Below, piece by piece: positions 52,334-62,323 of a stretch of DNA of 64,000 bases. The notes under the pieces were generated by a model. That model did no database searches, was not told where the DNA came from, and saw nothing but the letters and a program-made list of their open reading frames with translations. The stretch is taken from contig CAXXSR010000001.1 in the NCBI GenBank assembly GCA_963662615.2, forward strand, positions 320,001 to 384,000, read 5' to 3'. Source of the DNA: Dehalococcoidia bacterium (GTDB lineage Bacteria > Chloroflexota > Dehalococcoidia > Bin125). Made by a program: the position numbers and the translations under genes. Position 1 is the stretch's first letter. The number at the start of each line of letters is the position of its first letter.

Positions 52334-52439
52334 AGGGCCGGGGGCAGGGCCGGGGGCAGGGCCGGGGGCAGGGCCGGGGGCAGGGCCGGGGGCAGGGCCG
52401 GGGGCAGGGCCGGGCAGGGCCGGGGGCAGGAGCGGGGGT
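52334..52439 (+). repeat. 12-bp G-rich tandem repeat (~9 units)
   Basis: (AGGGCCGGGGGC)x6, one 10-bp unit, one full unit and one degenerate unit. Confidence 0.95.
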
Positions 52440-52447
52440 AGGAGCGA

Positions 52448-52987
52448 GTGGAGATGGCGGGCGGCGAGGGCGGAATGGCGATGGACCAGGAGCGCTTCGA
52501 CGCGATCTACCGCGAGAACGCGGACTCGGTGTTTCGCTACGCGATGTCGTTGCTGAGCAATCCCACGCGGGCGGACGACGTGAGGGCGGAGGTGTTCCTG
52601 CAGGCGTGGCGCAAGCGCGAAAGCTTCCGCGGAAGCGGCAGCGTGCGCTCGTGGCTGCTGTTGATCACCCACAACTGCGCCATCTCGCTGCTGCGGAAGG
52701 TGGGGCGAGAGGTGGTGGACAGCGAGCAGGTTGACGCGGTGGAGCCGGCGTCGGCGGACGACGACGCGGTGGAGGGCATGAGGGTCGAGGACGGGCGCGT
52801 GCAGTGGGCGCTGCGCCGGCTGACGGCCGAGCAACGGCAGGTGATCCTGCTGCGATTCGTGGCCGGCTGGTCGCACGACTGGATCGGCGAGCGGATGGGG
52901 CGCGACGCCACCGCGGTCCGGTCGATGCAGTACCGGGCGCTGCGGAAGCTGCGCGACCTGATGGGCGAGCAGGAGCGCGCCGCCTAG
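52448..52987 (+). CDS. ECF RNA polymerase sigma-70 factor
   Basis: ADDVRAEVFLQAW, SWLLLITHN, LTAEQRQVILLRF, RALRKLR. Confidence 0.9.
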   Translation: MEMAGGEGGMAMDQERFDAIYRENADSVFRYAMSLLSNPTRADDVRAEVFLQAWRKRESFRGSGSVRSWLLLITHNCAISLLRKVGREVVDSEQVDAVEPASADDDAVEGMRVEDGRVQWALRRLTAEQRQVILLRFVAGWSHDWIGERMGRDATAVRSMQYRALRKLRDLMGEQERAA

Positions 52988-53027
52988 CGCGGCCGGCTCG
53001 GCGCCAGGACTCCGACGCCGTTGGGCG

Positions 53028-53402
53028 CTACTCGCTGAGGGTGGTGGCGCTATCGCCGCCGGTGAGGGCGATGTGCGACATGGGCGAGCCCGTGTCGGCC
53101 GCGCCGTGCCAGTGATCCTCGTGCGCGGGAATGATGATGCAGTCGCCGACGCTGACGACGTGTTGGCCCTCCGGCCCGCCGACTTTGCCGATGCCCGCCA
53201 CGACGTAGAGGATCTGATCGCTGGTGTGGCGGTGCATCTTGGTGCGGGCGCCGGCGCCGAACTGGACGATGCCGAAGCTGAACGCTTCGGCGACGCCCGT
53301 GTCCTTGCCGGTGAGGGGGCGGCGCCAGACTTGGCCCCCGGTCATGATGGGGCGTTCGCTCACTTCCTGCGTGTCGCCGTCGGCGGCTTGAATGATGTGC
53401 AT
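53028..53402 (-). CDS. cupin domain protein
   Basis: GARTKMHRHTSDQILYV..G; IPAHEDHWHGA. Confidence 0.85.
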   Translation of the reverse strand: MHIIQAADGDTQEVSERPIMTGGQVWRRPLTGKDTGVAEAFSFGIVQFGAGARTKMHRHTSDQILYVVAGIGKVGGPEGQHVVSVGDCIIIPAHEDHWHGAADTGSPMSHIALTGGDSATTLSE

Positions 53403-53652
53403 GGGCGTTCCTTTCCGCTGGTGCGCTTTTCTGATCGCGCGCCGATGGGCCCGCCGTTCGGCAGGCTCCGGATGGGTCGGGGTGGGCCGGCTGCGAGTGT
53501 AGTCGGGCGGGGCGGCGTTCGCCCTTCGACCCTTCGGCAAGCTCAGGACAGGCAGGCTCCTTCCCAGGAGGGAAGGACTGGTCAGGGTGAGCGGTTTTTT
53601 GGACGCGCGCTTCCCCTCCGCGCCGGGGTTGTTGTCCCACCCACCCACGCGG

Positions 53653-55359
53653 CTAGCGGCGCGCGGCGGGACCGCGCAGGAGGCGGCCGGGGAGGGCGCC
53701 GGTGTGCTCGCCGTCGCGGAGGAGGACTTGTCCGTTGACGACGGTGGCGGCGATGCCGGTGGCCTTCTGACGCAGGCGGGTAGCGCCGGCGGGCAGGTCG
53801 GTGGTGACCTCCGGCATCAAGGGCGCGATGCGGTCGGGGTCGAAGATCGTGAGGTCGGCGGCCCAGCCTTCGCGGACGAGGCCGCGGTCGTGCAGGCCCC
53901 AGGCGGAGGCGGTATCAAACGTGATCAGGCGGACCGCCTCCTCCAGGGTGAAGGCCTGATTCTCACGCACCCAGTGACTCAGCAAATGGGTCTGCAAGGA
54001 GGAGTCCATGATCTGAGAGACATGGGCGCCGGAGTCGGAGAAGGTCACGACGCAGCGGGGATTCTTCATCACCGCCAGCGCCTCGTCTTGGTCCTCGTTG
54101 GCGACGGACTGGAGGAACATGGCGTCCAAGTCCTTGTCCAGGGCGAGGTCGATCATGACGTCGACGGGGTCCTGGCCGCGCTCGCGGGCGAGCTGGGCGA
54201 TGGAGGGGTGGGGTCCCTCCACGCTGTCGAAGGCGAAGATCCAGTCGTAGTCGGGCGGGCGCGCTTCGCCGCCCAGGGCGCGGCGGCCGCTGTCGCCGTC
54301 GTGGGCGGCCTGGACCAAGCGGCGGCGCGTGTCGGGGTCGCGCAGGGCGGTGCGCTGCTCGTCCAGGGGCCGGGCGCGCAGCTCGCGCCAGACGGGGAAG
54401 TGGTCGAAGGGGAGCTGCGTCTGGAAGGAGAGGACGATGTTGATGGGGCGGGTGTGGGCCTGGCCGAACATGCGCCCGCCGCGCTGCGCGGTCTCCTCCA
54501 GGAGGTCCAGCTGCGGCTGCAAGCCGCTGGGATGAGCGCGGCGGCTGAAGATGCCCCAGCTGATGGGGCGTCCAGTCTCGACGGCGAGGTCGCGGAGGCG
54601 GATGTGGTAGTCGCGCTCGGCTTCGCGATCCTCGTAGTGGCGTTCCGGGGCGATCTCGAAGATGCCGGCGTTCATCTCGCCCATGACGCCGACGAGCTGC
54701 CGCACCTCTTCCCAGTCGGCGGCGCGGCTGGGCACGGGCTGGCTGTCGGGCGTTTCGTGCGAGGGGCTGCGGGAGGTGGTGAAGCCGATGGCGCCGGCGC
54801 GGAGGGCGTCGCGGACCTCGCGGCGCATGGCGGTCAGCTCGTCCTCGGAGGCCTGTTCGGTGAGGGCGCGCTCGCCCATGGCGTAGAGGCGCAGGGCGGT
54901 GTGGCCGACGTAGGCGGCGTAGTTGATGCCCTTGGGCAGCTCTTCGACGCGGTCGAGATACTCGGGGAAGGTTTGCCAGGTCCAGTCGATGCCGGCGGCC
55001 ATGGCGGCGACGGGGATGTCCTCCACGCGCTGGAGGCTGTTCATGTAGAGTTCGCGGTCCTGGGGGTGGCAGGGGGCGAGGGTGAAGCCGCAGTTGCCCA
55101 TGACGACGCTGGTGACGCCTTGCCAGCAGGAGCAGGTGCCGAGGGGGTCCCAGGAGATCTGGGCGTCCATGTGGGTGTGGCCGTCGACGAAGCCGGGGGC
55201 GACGACGAGGCCGTCGGCGTCGATGACCTCGGCGGCGCCGTCGCGGATGCGGCCGATGGAGGCGATGCGGCCGTGCTGGATGGCGACGTCGGCGCGGTAC
55301 CGGGGCGCGCCGGAGCCGTCGATGATGGCGCCGTTGCGGATGAGGAGGTCGTAGGGCAT
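53653..55359 (-). CDS. amidohydrolase (N-acyl-D-amino-acid deacylase-like)
   Basis: YDLLIRNG, PGFVDGHTHMD, GNCGF, SDSGAH, TGALPG. Confidence 0.9.
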   Translation of the reverse strand: MPYDLLIRNGAIIDGSGAPRYRADVAIQHGRIASIGRIRDGAAEVIDADGLVVAPGFVDGHTHMDAQISWDPLGTCSCWQGVTSVVMGNCGFTLAPCHPQDRELYMNSLQRVEDIPVAAMAAGIDWTWQTFPEYLDRVEELPKGINYAAYVGHTALRLYAMGERALTEQASEDELTAMRREVRDALRAGAIGFTTSRSPSHETPDSQPVPSRAADWEEVRQLVGVMGEMNAGIFEIAPERHYEDREAERDYHIRLRDLAVETGRPISWGIFSRRAHPSGLQPQLDLLEETAQRGGRMFGQAHTRPINIVLSFQTQLPFDHFPVWRELRARPLDEQRTALRDPDTRRRLVQAAHDGDSGRRALGGEARPPDYDWIFAFDSVEGPHPSIAQLARERGQDPVDVMIDLALDKDLDAMFLQSVANEDQDEALAVMKNPRCVVTFSDSGAHVSQIMDSSLQTHLLSHWVRENQAFTLEEAVRLITFDTASAWGLHDRGLVREGWAADLTIFDPDRIAPLMPEVTTDLPAGATRLRQKATGIAATVVNGQVLLRDGEHTGALPGRLLRGPAARR

Positions 55360-55454
55360 GGGGGGCTCCTTCGCGGCAGTGGTGGGAGGCTCCGCCGCTT
55401 CCACGCTTGATTGCGGCGATCCTAGTACGGCCGGGTGGGGATGGCCAGGGCGTG

Positions 55455-55710
55455 TTTTTTGACGCGCGCTCGCAGGTCATCCGGGGTCGCGCGGCGTTTG
55501 TAGCTGCTCGCGCCGAGGGTTGCTGCGCTGGGCGATGCGGGTGTCGTTCGTCCTTCGACAAGCTCAGGACGAACGGGGCGGCCCTTCGACAGGCTCCTTC
55601 CTAGGAGAGAAGGACAGGTCAGGGTGAGCGGGAGAGACCTCACCCTCCTTCGACTAGCTCAGGACAGGCTCTGACCCCCTCTCCACCGCGGAGCGCTGGA
55701 GAGGGGGTGG
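55455..55710 (+). repeat. mosaic REP/82-bp repeat cluster
   Basis: All three repeat motifs present. Confidence 0.8.
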
Positions 55711-55820
55711 AGGGAGGAGAAGGCACTGTCACCCGCGAAGGATTGCAGCAGATCGGCAGGCATCCGTAGAACCCCGCAGGCTTCGGGCCGAGTTCGCCTT
55801 GGGGGCAGTTTCGGGTCCGT

Positions 55821-56642
55821 TCAGTCCGGCTTCACGGCCGTGAACACGATCTCCTGCAGCGGGATCTTGAGCGGCGCGGGGCCGAAGGCCCGTTGCAGCT
55901 CGCCGGCGAGGGCCTGGACGATCGTCTCGGCGTCAGCGGTCGCGCGCTCGCGAATCTCCAGGATGCCGGGGTTGCCCTCCACCAGGCCGCGGGCGACGTG
56001 GTGGGCATCGGGACGCTCGATGGTCGCGGCGACCACGTCGATTCCGATTTTTCGGAAACCCGCCTCGTGCAGCAGATCCTTGATGGGGTCGATCGCAGCG
56101 AAGCCGAACGGCACCTGGAGGAATGCCGGTGGTTCGTCGTCGAAGTAGCGCGCGATCGTCTCGTGTGCGATCGCCGCCGCGCGATTGTGATCGAACGAAT
56201 CCCAGACATTGAAGGCCAGAAGCCCGCCGGGCTTCAGGACGCGCGCCATCTCGCCGAGCCCCTTCGCCTTATCGGGGAAGAACATGATGCCGAACTGGCA
56301 GATCAGGCCATCGAACGCGTCGGCGGCGAACGGCAGCGCGAGCGCATCGGCCGTGCGCCAGGAGACGTTCGCGAGCCCGCCGCGTGTTGCCATTGCGAAA
56401 TCGATCATGGATTGGTTGAGGTCGGTCGCGACGATCTCGGCGTGATCGGACAGCTGTGCGCGCAGCTGCTCGGTGGAGATGCCGGTCCCGCAGGCAACCT
56501 CGAGCACGCGGGCACCATGGGGCACGACGGCGCTGACCCGAGCTGCGAGGTCGGCGGCGGTGAACTCGAAGAACAGCGGTCCCAAATGCCTGTCGTAGAT
56601 CGCCGGGATCGAGCCGACGAAGTCGCTGTGCGTGCCGGTCAT
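55821..56642 (-). CDS. class I SAM-dependent methyltransferase
   Basis: VLEVACGTG, DALALPF, CQFGIMFFPD, RVLKPGG. Confidence 0.9.
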   Translation of the reverse strand: MTGTHSDFVGSIPAIYDRHLGPLFFEFTAADLAARVSAVVPHGARVLEVACGTGISTEQLRAQLSDHAEIVATDLNQSMIDFAMATRGGLANVSWRTADALALPFAADAFDGLICQFGIMFFPDKAKGLGEMARVLKPGGLLAFNVWDSFDHNRAAAIAHETIARYFDDEPPAFLQVPFGFAAIDPIKDLLHEAGFRKIGIDVVAATIERPDAHHVARGLVEGNPGILEIRERATADAETIVQALAGELQRAFGPAPLKIPLQEIVFTAVKPD

Positions 56643-56665
56643 GTCGTGCCCGAACTCTCCGCTTT

Positions 56666-56728
56666 CTAACGGGGGAGGCGGGAGCCATCAACGATGGCGC
56701 CGTTGCGGATGAGGAGGTCGTAGGGCAT
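56666..56728 (-). pseudogene. 20-aa remnant duplicating the amidohydrolase N-terminus
   Basis: MPYDLLIRNGAIVDGS, nearly identical to the start of the gene at 55359. Confidence 0.8.
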
Positions 56729-56821
56729 TGGGGGCGCTCGTTGGCGGCAGCGGGGGGAGGCTCCGCCGCTCCGGTGACTGATTCCTCGCGATGCTAGTAC
56801 GGCCGGGTGGGGATGGCCAGG

Positions 56822-57135
56822 CGGCTTTTTCGACGCGCGCTCGCGGGTCATCCGGGGTCGCGCGGCGTTGGGGGCGGCTCGCGCCGAGGGTCGCTGCGCT
56901 GGGCGACTTTTTCGACGCGCGCTCGCGGGTCCCCCGGGGTCGCGCGGCGTTGGTGGCGGCTCGCGCCGGCGGTCGATGAGCGGGGCGGCTTTTTCGACGC
57001 GCGCTCGCGGGTCATCCGGGGTCGCGCGGCGTTGGTGGCGGCTCGCGCCGAGGGTTGCTGCGCCGGGCGATGTCGGCGCCCTTCGTCCTTCGACCTTTCG
57101 GCAAGCTCAGGACAGGCAAGATCAGGACGAACGGA
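56822..57135 (+). repeat. three tandem 82-bp units plus REP-like unit
   Basis: TTTTTCGACGCGCGCTCGCGGG at ~56826, 56908 and 56989. Confidence 0.88.
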
Positions 57136-57231
57136 CGCCCGCCCCCCGCCCTTGCTTTTTAACCCGCCCGCCCGCCCCTAGAAGATCGGGGTGGCGGTGG
57201 TTGTCGCCATTCGTCTGTCGGGCGGTCCAGT

Positions 57232-58326
57232 CTAGGCGCCGTTCTCTCCCAGGTAGACCTTGGCGTTGTCGATCAAGATCTTGCGCTTTTGCTCGTCCGA
57301 GAGGTCGGTCCGCTTGGTGATGCCGGTGACGGAGTCGGGGAAGGGTGCGTCCCAGTGGGGGTAGTCGCTGGCCATGACGAGGCGGTCGTCGCCGATGACG
57401 GAGAGGGTGTAGGGCAGCATCTCCTCATCCGATTCACAGGAGAAGAAGAGGTTGGGGTGTTTGAAGTATTCGCTGGGCTTCATGGTGATGTCCGGCAGCT
57501 CGTCGCGGCGCTTTTCGAAGTGCTCGTCGAGCCGCTCCATCCAGTAGGGGATCCAGCCGGTGCCGGCCTCCAGGACGGCGCAGCGCAGGGTGGGGAAGCG
57601 CTCCAGGAGCCCGTTCATGACGACCACGGCGGCCGACAACATCCCCTCAAAGGTGAAGCCCACGGCGTGGGCGATGACATAGCGGTTGACGAAGCGCTCC
57701 ACGCCGGCGCCGGCGCTGCCGGCGCCGAAGCCGGGGTGGAAGCCGACGGAGATGCCGCTGTCCTGGCAGTAGTGGTAGAGGCGATCGTAGGCGTGATCAT
57801 CGACGTTGCGGAGGTGCACGTTGGTCTGGACCAGGAGCGTGCGGAAGCCGAGCGTCTCGACACAGCGCTTGAGCTCCTCTTCCGCCACGGGCAGATCTTG
57901 GAGGGGGAGGGTGGCGACGCCACGGATGCGGCGCGGGTCCTCGCTGCAGTAGTCGGCGAGCCAGTTGTTCATGGCGCGGCAGAGGGCGGCGGCGAAGGGC
58001 GCGTCGTGCAGGCCGGCAAACGCGAGGCCGAGCGAGGGGTAGAGGACGGAGACGTCGATCCCCTCCAGGTCCATGTCGGGGAGGCGCTGGACGGGGTCGT
58101 ACCCGCCCGGCCGCTTGCAGCCGGCGACGGGGAAGGAGTCCGGATTCCAGGAGCCGCGGCCGCGACTCATGACGTTGCCGTCGATCATCCAGCGCAGCTT
58201 GCCCCAGTGATCCTTGACGAAGATGGGGCGCCGGTCATGGAAGCCCGCTTCCACGTATTGGTCCCACATCTCCTCGGTCTCGTAGACGTGTCCGTCAATG
58301 TCGATGGCGTTGGTGATGGTGGTCAT
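57232..58326 (-). CDS. amidohydrolase_2 family protein
   Basis: IDIDGHV, LEAGTGW, ASDYPH. Confidence 0.88.
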   Translation of the reverse strand: MTTITNAIDIDGHVYETEEMWDQYVEAGFHDRRPIFVKDHWGKLRWMIDGNVMSRGRGSWNPDSFPVAGCKRPGGYDPVQRLPDMDLEGIDVSVLYPSLGLAFAGLHDAPFAAALCRAMNNWLADYCSEDPRRIRGVATLPLQDLPVAEEELKRCVETLGFRTLLVQTNVHLRNVDDHAYDRLYHYCQDSGISVGFHPGFGAGSAGAGVERFVNRYVIAHAVGFTFEGMLSAAVVVMNGLLERFPTLRCAVLEAGTGWIPYWMERLDEHFEKRRDELPDITMKPSEYFKHPNLFFSCESDEEMLPYTLSVIGDDRLVMASDYPHWDAPFPDSVTGITKRTDLSDEQKRKILIDNAKVYLGENGA

Positions 58327-58495
58327 GGGAGGGCGCTCCTTGAGCGGTGAGTTGGCCTGGCTCTAGCGGGCGCTCAGTCTACTCCTGCAGCGAATGCGTG
58401 GGGCCGTGGATCCCGGGGGGCGGAGGCGCCGCTTGTCCTTCGACTCTTCGGCAGGCTCCTTCCCTGGAGGGAAGGACAGGTCCGGACAGGCGGGG

Positions 58496-59134
58496 TCAGG
58501 AGGGCCGGGCGTCGCCGGGGTTGGGCTCTTCTTCCGCCGCCGGGGCGCCGCGCTTGACGACGTCGTAGGCCATGACGAGGAGGTCGCGCTTGACGTCGTC
58601 GCCGCCGATGACGAAGCCGGGGAGCAGGGCGACCGGTTCGAAGCCGAGCCCGGCGAAGACGGCCTGCGCGCCCTTTTGGTCGTGGGTCATCTGAGCGGAG
58701 AGCCGCTCCAAGCCGAGCAGCTCGGCGATGACGAAGATCTCCTCGGCCAGGTAGCGGCCCAAGCCTTCGCCGCGCGCCGCGGGGCTGACGATGACGCGGA
58801 TGTCGCCCCGGTGCCGCGTCCAGTCGGTCTCGTTGTACGTGAGCGAGGCCTCGCCAATGATCTCGTCGTCGCCGTAGGCGAGGACGGTGATGGTGCGGTT
58901 GAGGTGGACGTTCTCCAGCCAACTGTCGATGACCGCCTCGTCGGTGATGTCACGGCGCAGGTAGAGGAGATCGTCGGGCGGCAGCTGGCGCGCGAAGGTG
59001 AGCACGTTGGCGCGGTCGCCGTCCGCCATGAGCTGGGTGGAGATCTCGCGCCCGCTGCGCAGCCGGTCGCGCCGGGGGTAGCGCTTGCGCACGTGCGTCA
59101 TTTTGCCGCTTTGGGATTGCGGGTCGGACGTCAT
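58496..59134 (-). CDS. GNAT family acetyltransferase
   Basis: VSPAARGEGLG acetyl-CoA motif; FAGLGF. Confidence 0.82.
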   Translation of the reverse strand: MTSDPQSQSGKMTHVRKRYPRRDRLRSGREISTQLMADGDRANVLTFARQLPPDDLLYLRRDITDEAVIDSWLENVHLNRTITVLAYGDDEIIGEASLTYNETDWTRHRGDIRVIVSPAARGEGLGRYLAEEIFVIAELLGLERLSAQMTHDQKGAQAVFAGLGFEPVALLPGFVIGGDDVKRDLLVMAYDVVKRGAPAAEEEPNPGDARPS

Positions 59135-59185
59135 CTGATCGCCTTTCGGCCGGCGGACGTGGTAATCCGCGGCAGCCACGATACA

Positions 59186-59610
59186 CGGTTTTTCGCCCGC
59201 GCTCGCGACTGGTGTCGGCCACCGCGGCGTTGGTGGCGGCTCGCGCCGGGGGTCGAGGGTCTAGGCGATGTCGGCGCGGTTCGCCCTTCGACAGGCTCAG
59301 GACGAACGGTTTTTCGCCCGCGCTCGCGGGTCATCCGGGGTCGCGCGGTGTTGGTGGCGGCTCGCGCCGGGGGTTGAGGAGTGGGGCGGTGGTCCTCCGT
59401 TCGCCCTTCGACAGGCTCCTTCGCTGCGCGAAGGACAGGTCAGGACGAACGGTTTTTCGCCCGCGCTCGCGACTGGTGTCGGCCACTGCGGTGTTGGTGG
59501 CGGCTCGCGCCGGGGGTTGAGGGTCTAGGCGATGTCGGCGCGGTTCGCCCTTCGGTCCTTCGACAGGCTCCTTCCGAGGACGGAAGGACTGGTCAGGACA
59601 GGCGGGCTCA
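59186..59610 (+). repeat. alternating 82-bp/REP-like array (3 modules)
   Basis: TTTTCGCCCGCGCTCGCG at ~59189, 59311 and 59454, each followed by CCCTTCGACAGGCTC. Confidence 0.88.
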
Positions 59611-60783
59611 GGCGCCGGCGGCGAGGCAGTCGCGGATCCGCTGCATGGCCTTGCGGATGTTCTCCGTGCTGTTGGCGTAGGAGAAGCGGAGATAGCCTTC
59701 GCCGAGATGGCCGAAGCTGGTCCCGGCAACGGCGGCGACGCCGGCCTCCAGCAGCAGCTTCTCTTGCAGGCTGTGGGCGGTGTGGCCGGTGCCTTCAATG
59801 TTGGGGAAGGCGTAGAAGGCGCCGCCGGGCTCCGCACAGCGGAAGCCGGGGATCTGGTTGAGCTCTTGGACGATGACGCGGCGGCGCTCGTCGAAGGCGG
59901 CGACCATGGCGCCGACGGCGTCCTGGGGGCCCTCCAAGGCGGCGATGCCGGCGTGCTGCGTGGCGGCGTTGGGGCAGGAGTAGCAGTTGACCGCCAGCCG
60001 TTCGGCGTAGTCGAAGAGGCGCGGGGGCCAGACGCCGTAGCCCAGCCGCCAGCCGGTCATGGCGTAGGTCTTGCTCCAGCCGTCAAGCAGGATGACGCGG
60101 TCGCGCAGCTCTTCATATTCGAGGAGGCTGGCGTGCTCGCGCCCGTCGTAGAGGATGCGGCCGTAGATCTCGTCGCTCAGCACCGCGACGTGCGGCTGCT
60201 TGAGCAGCCCTTCGACGAGGCGGTCGATCTCGGCGCGGGGGACGGCGCCGCCGGTGGGGTTGGCGGGGCTGTTGAGGATGAGGAGGCGGGTGGCGGGCGT
60301 GATGCGGGCCAGGACCTCCTGCGCGTCGAAGGAGAAGCCGGTTTCCTCATAGAGCGGGATGGGGACCGGGGTGGCGCCGGTGAAGGCGATGGCCGACTCG
60401 TAGATGGGGAAGCCGGGGTTGGGGTAGAGGATCTCGGCGCCGGGCTCGCCGAAGATGAGGATGGCGAAAAACATGGTGACCTTGCCGCCGGGCACGATGA
60501 GCACGGTGCCGGGGCTCACCTCGGCGCCGACCTGCCGACGGATGTGCGCGGCCACCGCCTCCCGCAGCTCCGGGATGCCGGCCGCCGGGGTGTAGCCGTG
60601 GTGGCCGTCCGCCAGCGCTTGGCGCGCCGCCTCCACGATGTGGTCGGGGGTGCGGAAGTCAGGCTGGCCGATGCCGAGGTTGATGATGTCGCGCCCCTGG
60701 GCCTCCAACGCTTTGGCGCGGGCGAGCACGGCGAAGGCGGTCTCCGTCCCGATCTGCTCAATGCGGGCCGGGACTTGCAGCAT
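59608..60783 (-). CDS. PLP-dependent aminotransferase class I/II (aspartate aminotransferase-like)
   Basis: NSPANPTG, SDEIY, GWSKTYAMTGWRLG. Confidence 0.93.
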   Translation of the reverse strand: MLQVPARIEQIGTETAFAVLARAKALEAQGRDIINLGIGQPDFRTPDHIVEAARQALADGHHGYTPAAGIPELREAVAAHIRRQVGAEVSPGTVLIVPGGKVTMFFAILIFGEPGAEILYPNPGFPIYESAIAFTGATPVPIPLYEETGFSFDAQEVLARITPATRLLILNSPANPTGGAVPRAEIDRLVEGLLKQPHVAVLSDEIYGRILYDGREHASLLEYEELRDRVILLDGWSKTYAMTGWRLGYGVWPPRLFDYAERLAVNCYSCPNAATQHAGIAALEGPQDAVGAMVAAFDERRRVIVQELNQIPGFRCAEPGGAFYAFPNIEGTGHTAHSLQEKLLLEAGVAAVAGTSFGHLGEGYLRFSYANSTENIRKAMQRIRDCLAAGA

Positions 60784-61032
60784 GGCTCTGCCTTTCCGCG
60801 CCACCGCGCGTCGCTGGGCCGGCGCCGTGGGGAGGGGACCGCCGCGCCGGCCAGGGCGATTGGGTGCGCTGGATCGGTACTACCGGGGCGGCCGGAGTGC
60901 GTCAAGCAGGCAGACGCCATTGCGAATCAACTCGTTCGCGAACGGTTTGGGCGCCTCACCCTCCTTCGACTCGCTCAGGACAGGCACGGACGCCCTCACC
61001 ATCTGTCCTGGGAAGGATGGTGGGCGGGCAGA

Positions 61033-61431
61033 TCACGTCGCCTCCTTCAAGCTACTCTGGGCTGCGAGCAACGGTACGGCAAGTGCCAGCTCCGCGTTCT
61101 CAACAGCCTCCTGCTTCGACGCAGCTTCGACGGTTACCTCGATGTCGACCTGGCCGCGGGCCATGGCGCCGATCGACACATCCTCGAGGCCCTGCTGGTC
61201 CAACAGAGCCGCCCTGAGGGCGTCCAGGAAATGCTCAGGTTCCTTTGGCGGGCGGCCCCCCGCGGTGGCCTGGAGGCCGAAAACGATGGTGCATCTCACA
61301 CGTCCTGGTGCTACTTGGGCAAGACTTCTCACACGTCCTGATGTTATTTCCAGCGTTGACGCGAATAGGTCATGTTGGATCTGGGGTTCGGCGATTCGTT
61401 CTTCTTGTATCTGGGGTTCACCCGCTACCAA
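61033..61431 (-). CDS. hypothetical protein
   Basis: Overlaps the upstream co-oriented ORF; RBS GAAGG. Confidence 0.5.
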   Translation of the reverse strand: MVAGEPQIQEERIAEPQIQHDLFASTLEITSGRVRSLAQVAPGRVRCTIVFGLQATAGGRPPKEPEHFLDALRAALLDQQGLEDVSIGAMARGQVDIEVTVEAASKQEAVENAELALAVPLLAAQSSLKEAT

Positions 61432-62093
61432 AAAACGCCTTCGACCGTTCCCTTGGCCAGGAAGCTGGAAAAAAGCGAAGGTGCAGAATACTCCAGACGC
61501 CTTGCTGCTCCTTCAGGAACGGTCACTGCGACCATGGCTCGCCCGCATTTTTCCATGATCAAGTACTTGAAGAAGACTTCGACGGTGTGGCTGCCCGGAC
61601 TGACCGGGAAGGGGTGCGTGCCCCATGCGACGTGGTGCACCGCTTCGTCGATAACCACCCGCGGATGGCAGAACCAGCGAGAGAACGAGAGTGGAGAGAC
61701 ACGGGCCTCTACCAAGATGACCGGGCCCCCGTCTTCGCCACCCGTCTCGACGGTGCCCCTGAGACGGGCCAGGAACCACCGCATTTGCCCGGCTAGGCGG
61801 CGCCGCCACACCAGATGGTCGATGAGGGGGCCGGCGTTGGTCTTGAAATCGGTGGACCCCGCTGCGATGGTCTTGTCGCCTGCGGCGCGCAGGGCCCACC
61901 GCAGGCGGAACGACCTGAAGTGCCCGACGTTGTCCAGCACGAGGGTGTAGCCTTCGCCCTCGACCCACTCCACGACGCGCTGGCTGCCTTCGGCCGCGGC
62001 ACGGTCAGCGAGGTCGCGGCCGAAGGCAGCCAGCACGGCCCAGACCCGCTCTATCGGCGCGTCAATTGTGATCTGTTCGCTGAACTTGGGCAT
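61425..62093 (-). CDS. SRPBCC domain protein with extra C-terminal beta domain
   Basis: ITIDAPIERVWAVL; RBS AAAGGA. Confidence 0.65.
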   Translation of the reverse strand: MPKFSEQITIDAPIERVWAVLAAFGRDLADRAAAEGSQRVVEWVEGEGYTLVLDNVGHFRSFRLRWALRAAGDKTIAAGSTDFKTNAGPLIDHLVWRRRLAGQMRWFLARLRGTVETGGEDGGPVILVEARVSPLSFSRWFCHPRVVIDEAVHHVAWGTHPFPVSPGSHTVEVFFKYLIMEKCGRAMVAVTVPEGAARRLEYSAPSLFSSFLAKGTVEGVFW

Positions 62094-62323
62094 CGTCCTT
62101 TTTCGTCTCCCTCTGGTTGTTGCTGACGGATTCGGTAGGAGCGCGTTGCTGTCGCAATCTCCCGTGGTCCAATTGACCTGCCCTCGATCGTTGGACCGGG
62201 TCGTAGCTTAGAGCTGGCACGGTCGGCACGTCCTTCCAGGCGGCCGGGTGGGTGGGGCAGCTCGACGGCAGTGGGGGCCGGGGGCGACGTCTGTGGCATG
62301 CTGCCGTGCGAGGAGGAGTGGCG

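Noticed and set aside
62166-62198. GGTCCAA-n19-TTGGACC inverted repeat between divergent genes
   Set aside because: Single short instance with no identifiable cognate regulator.
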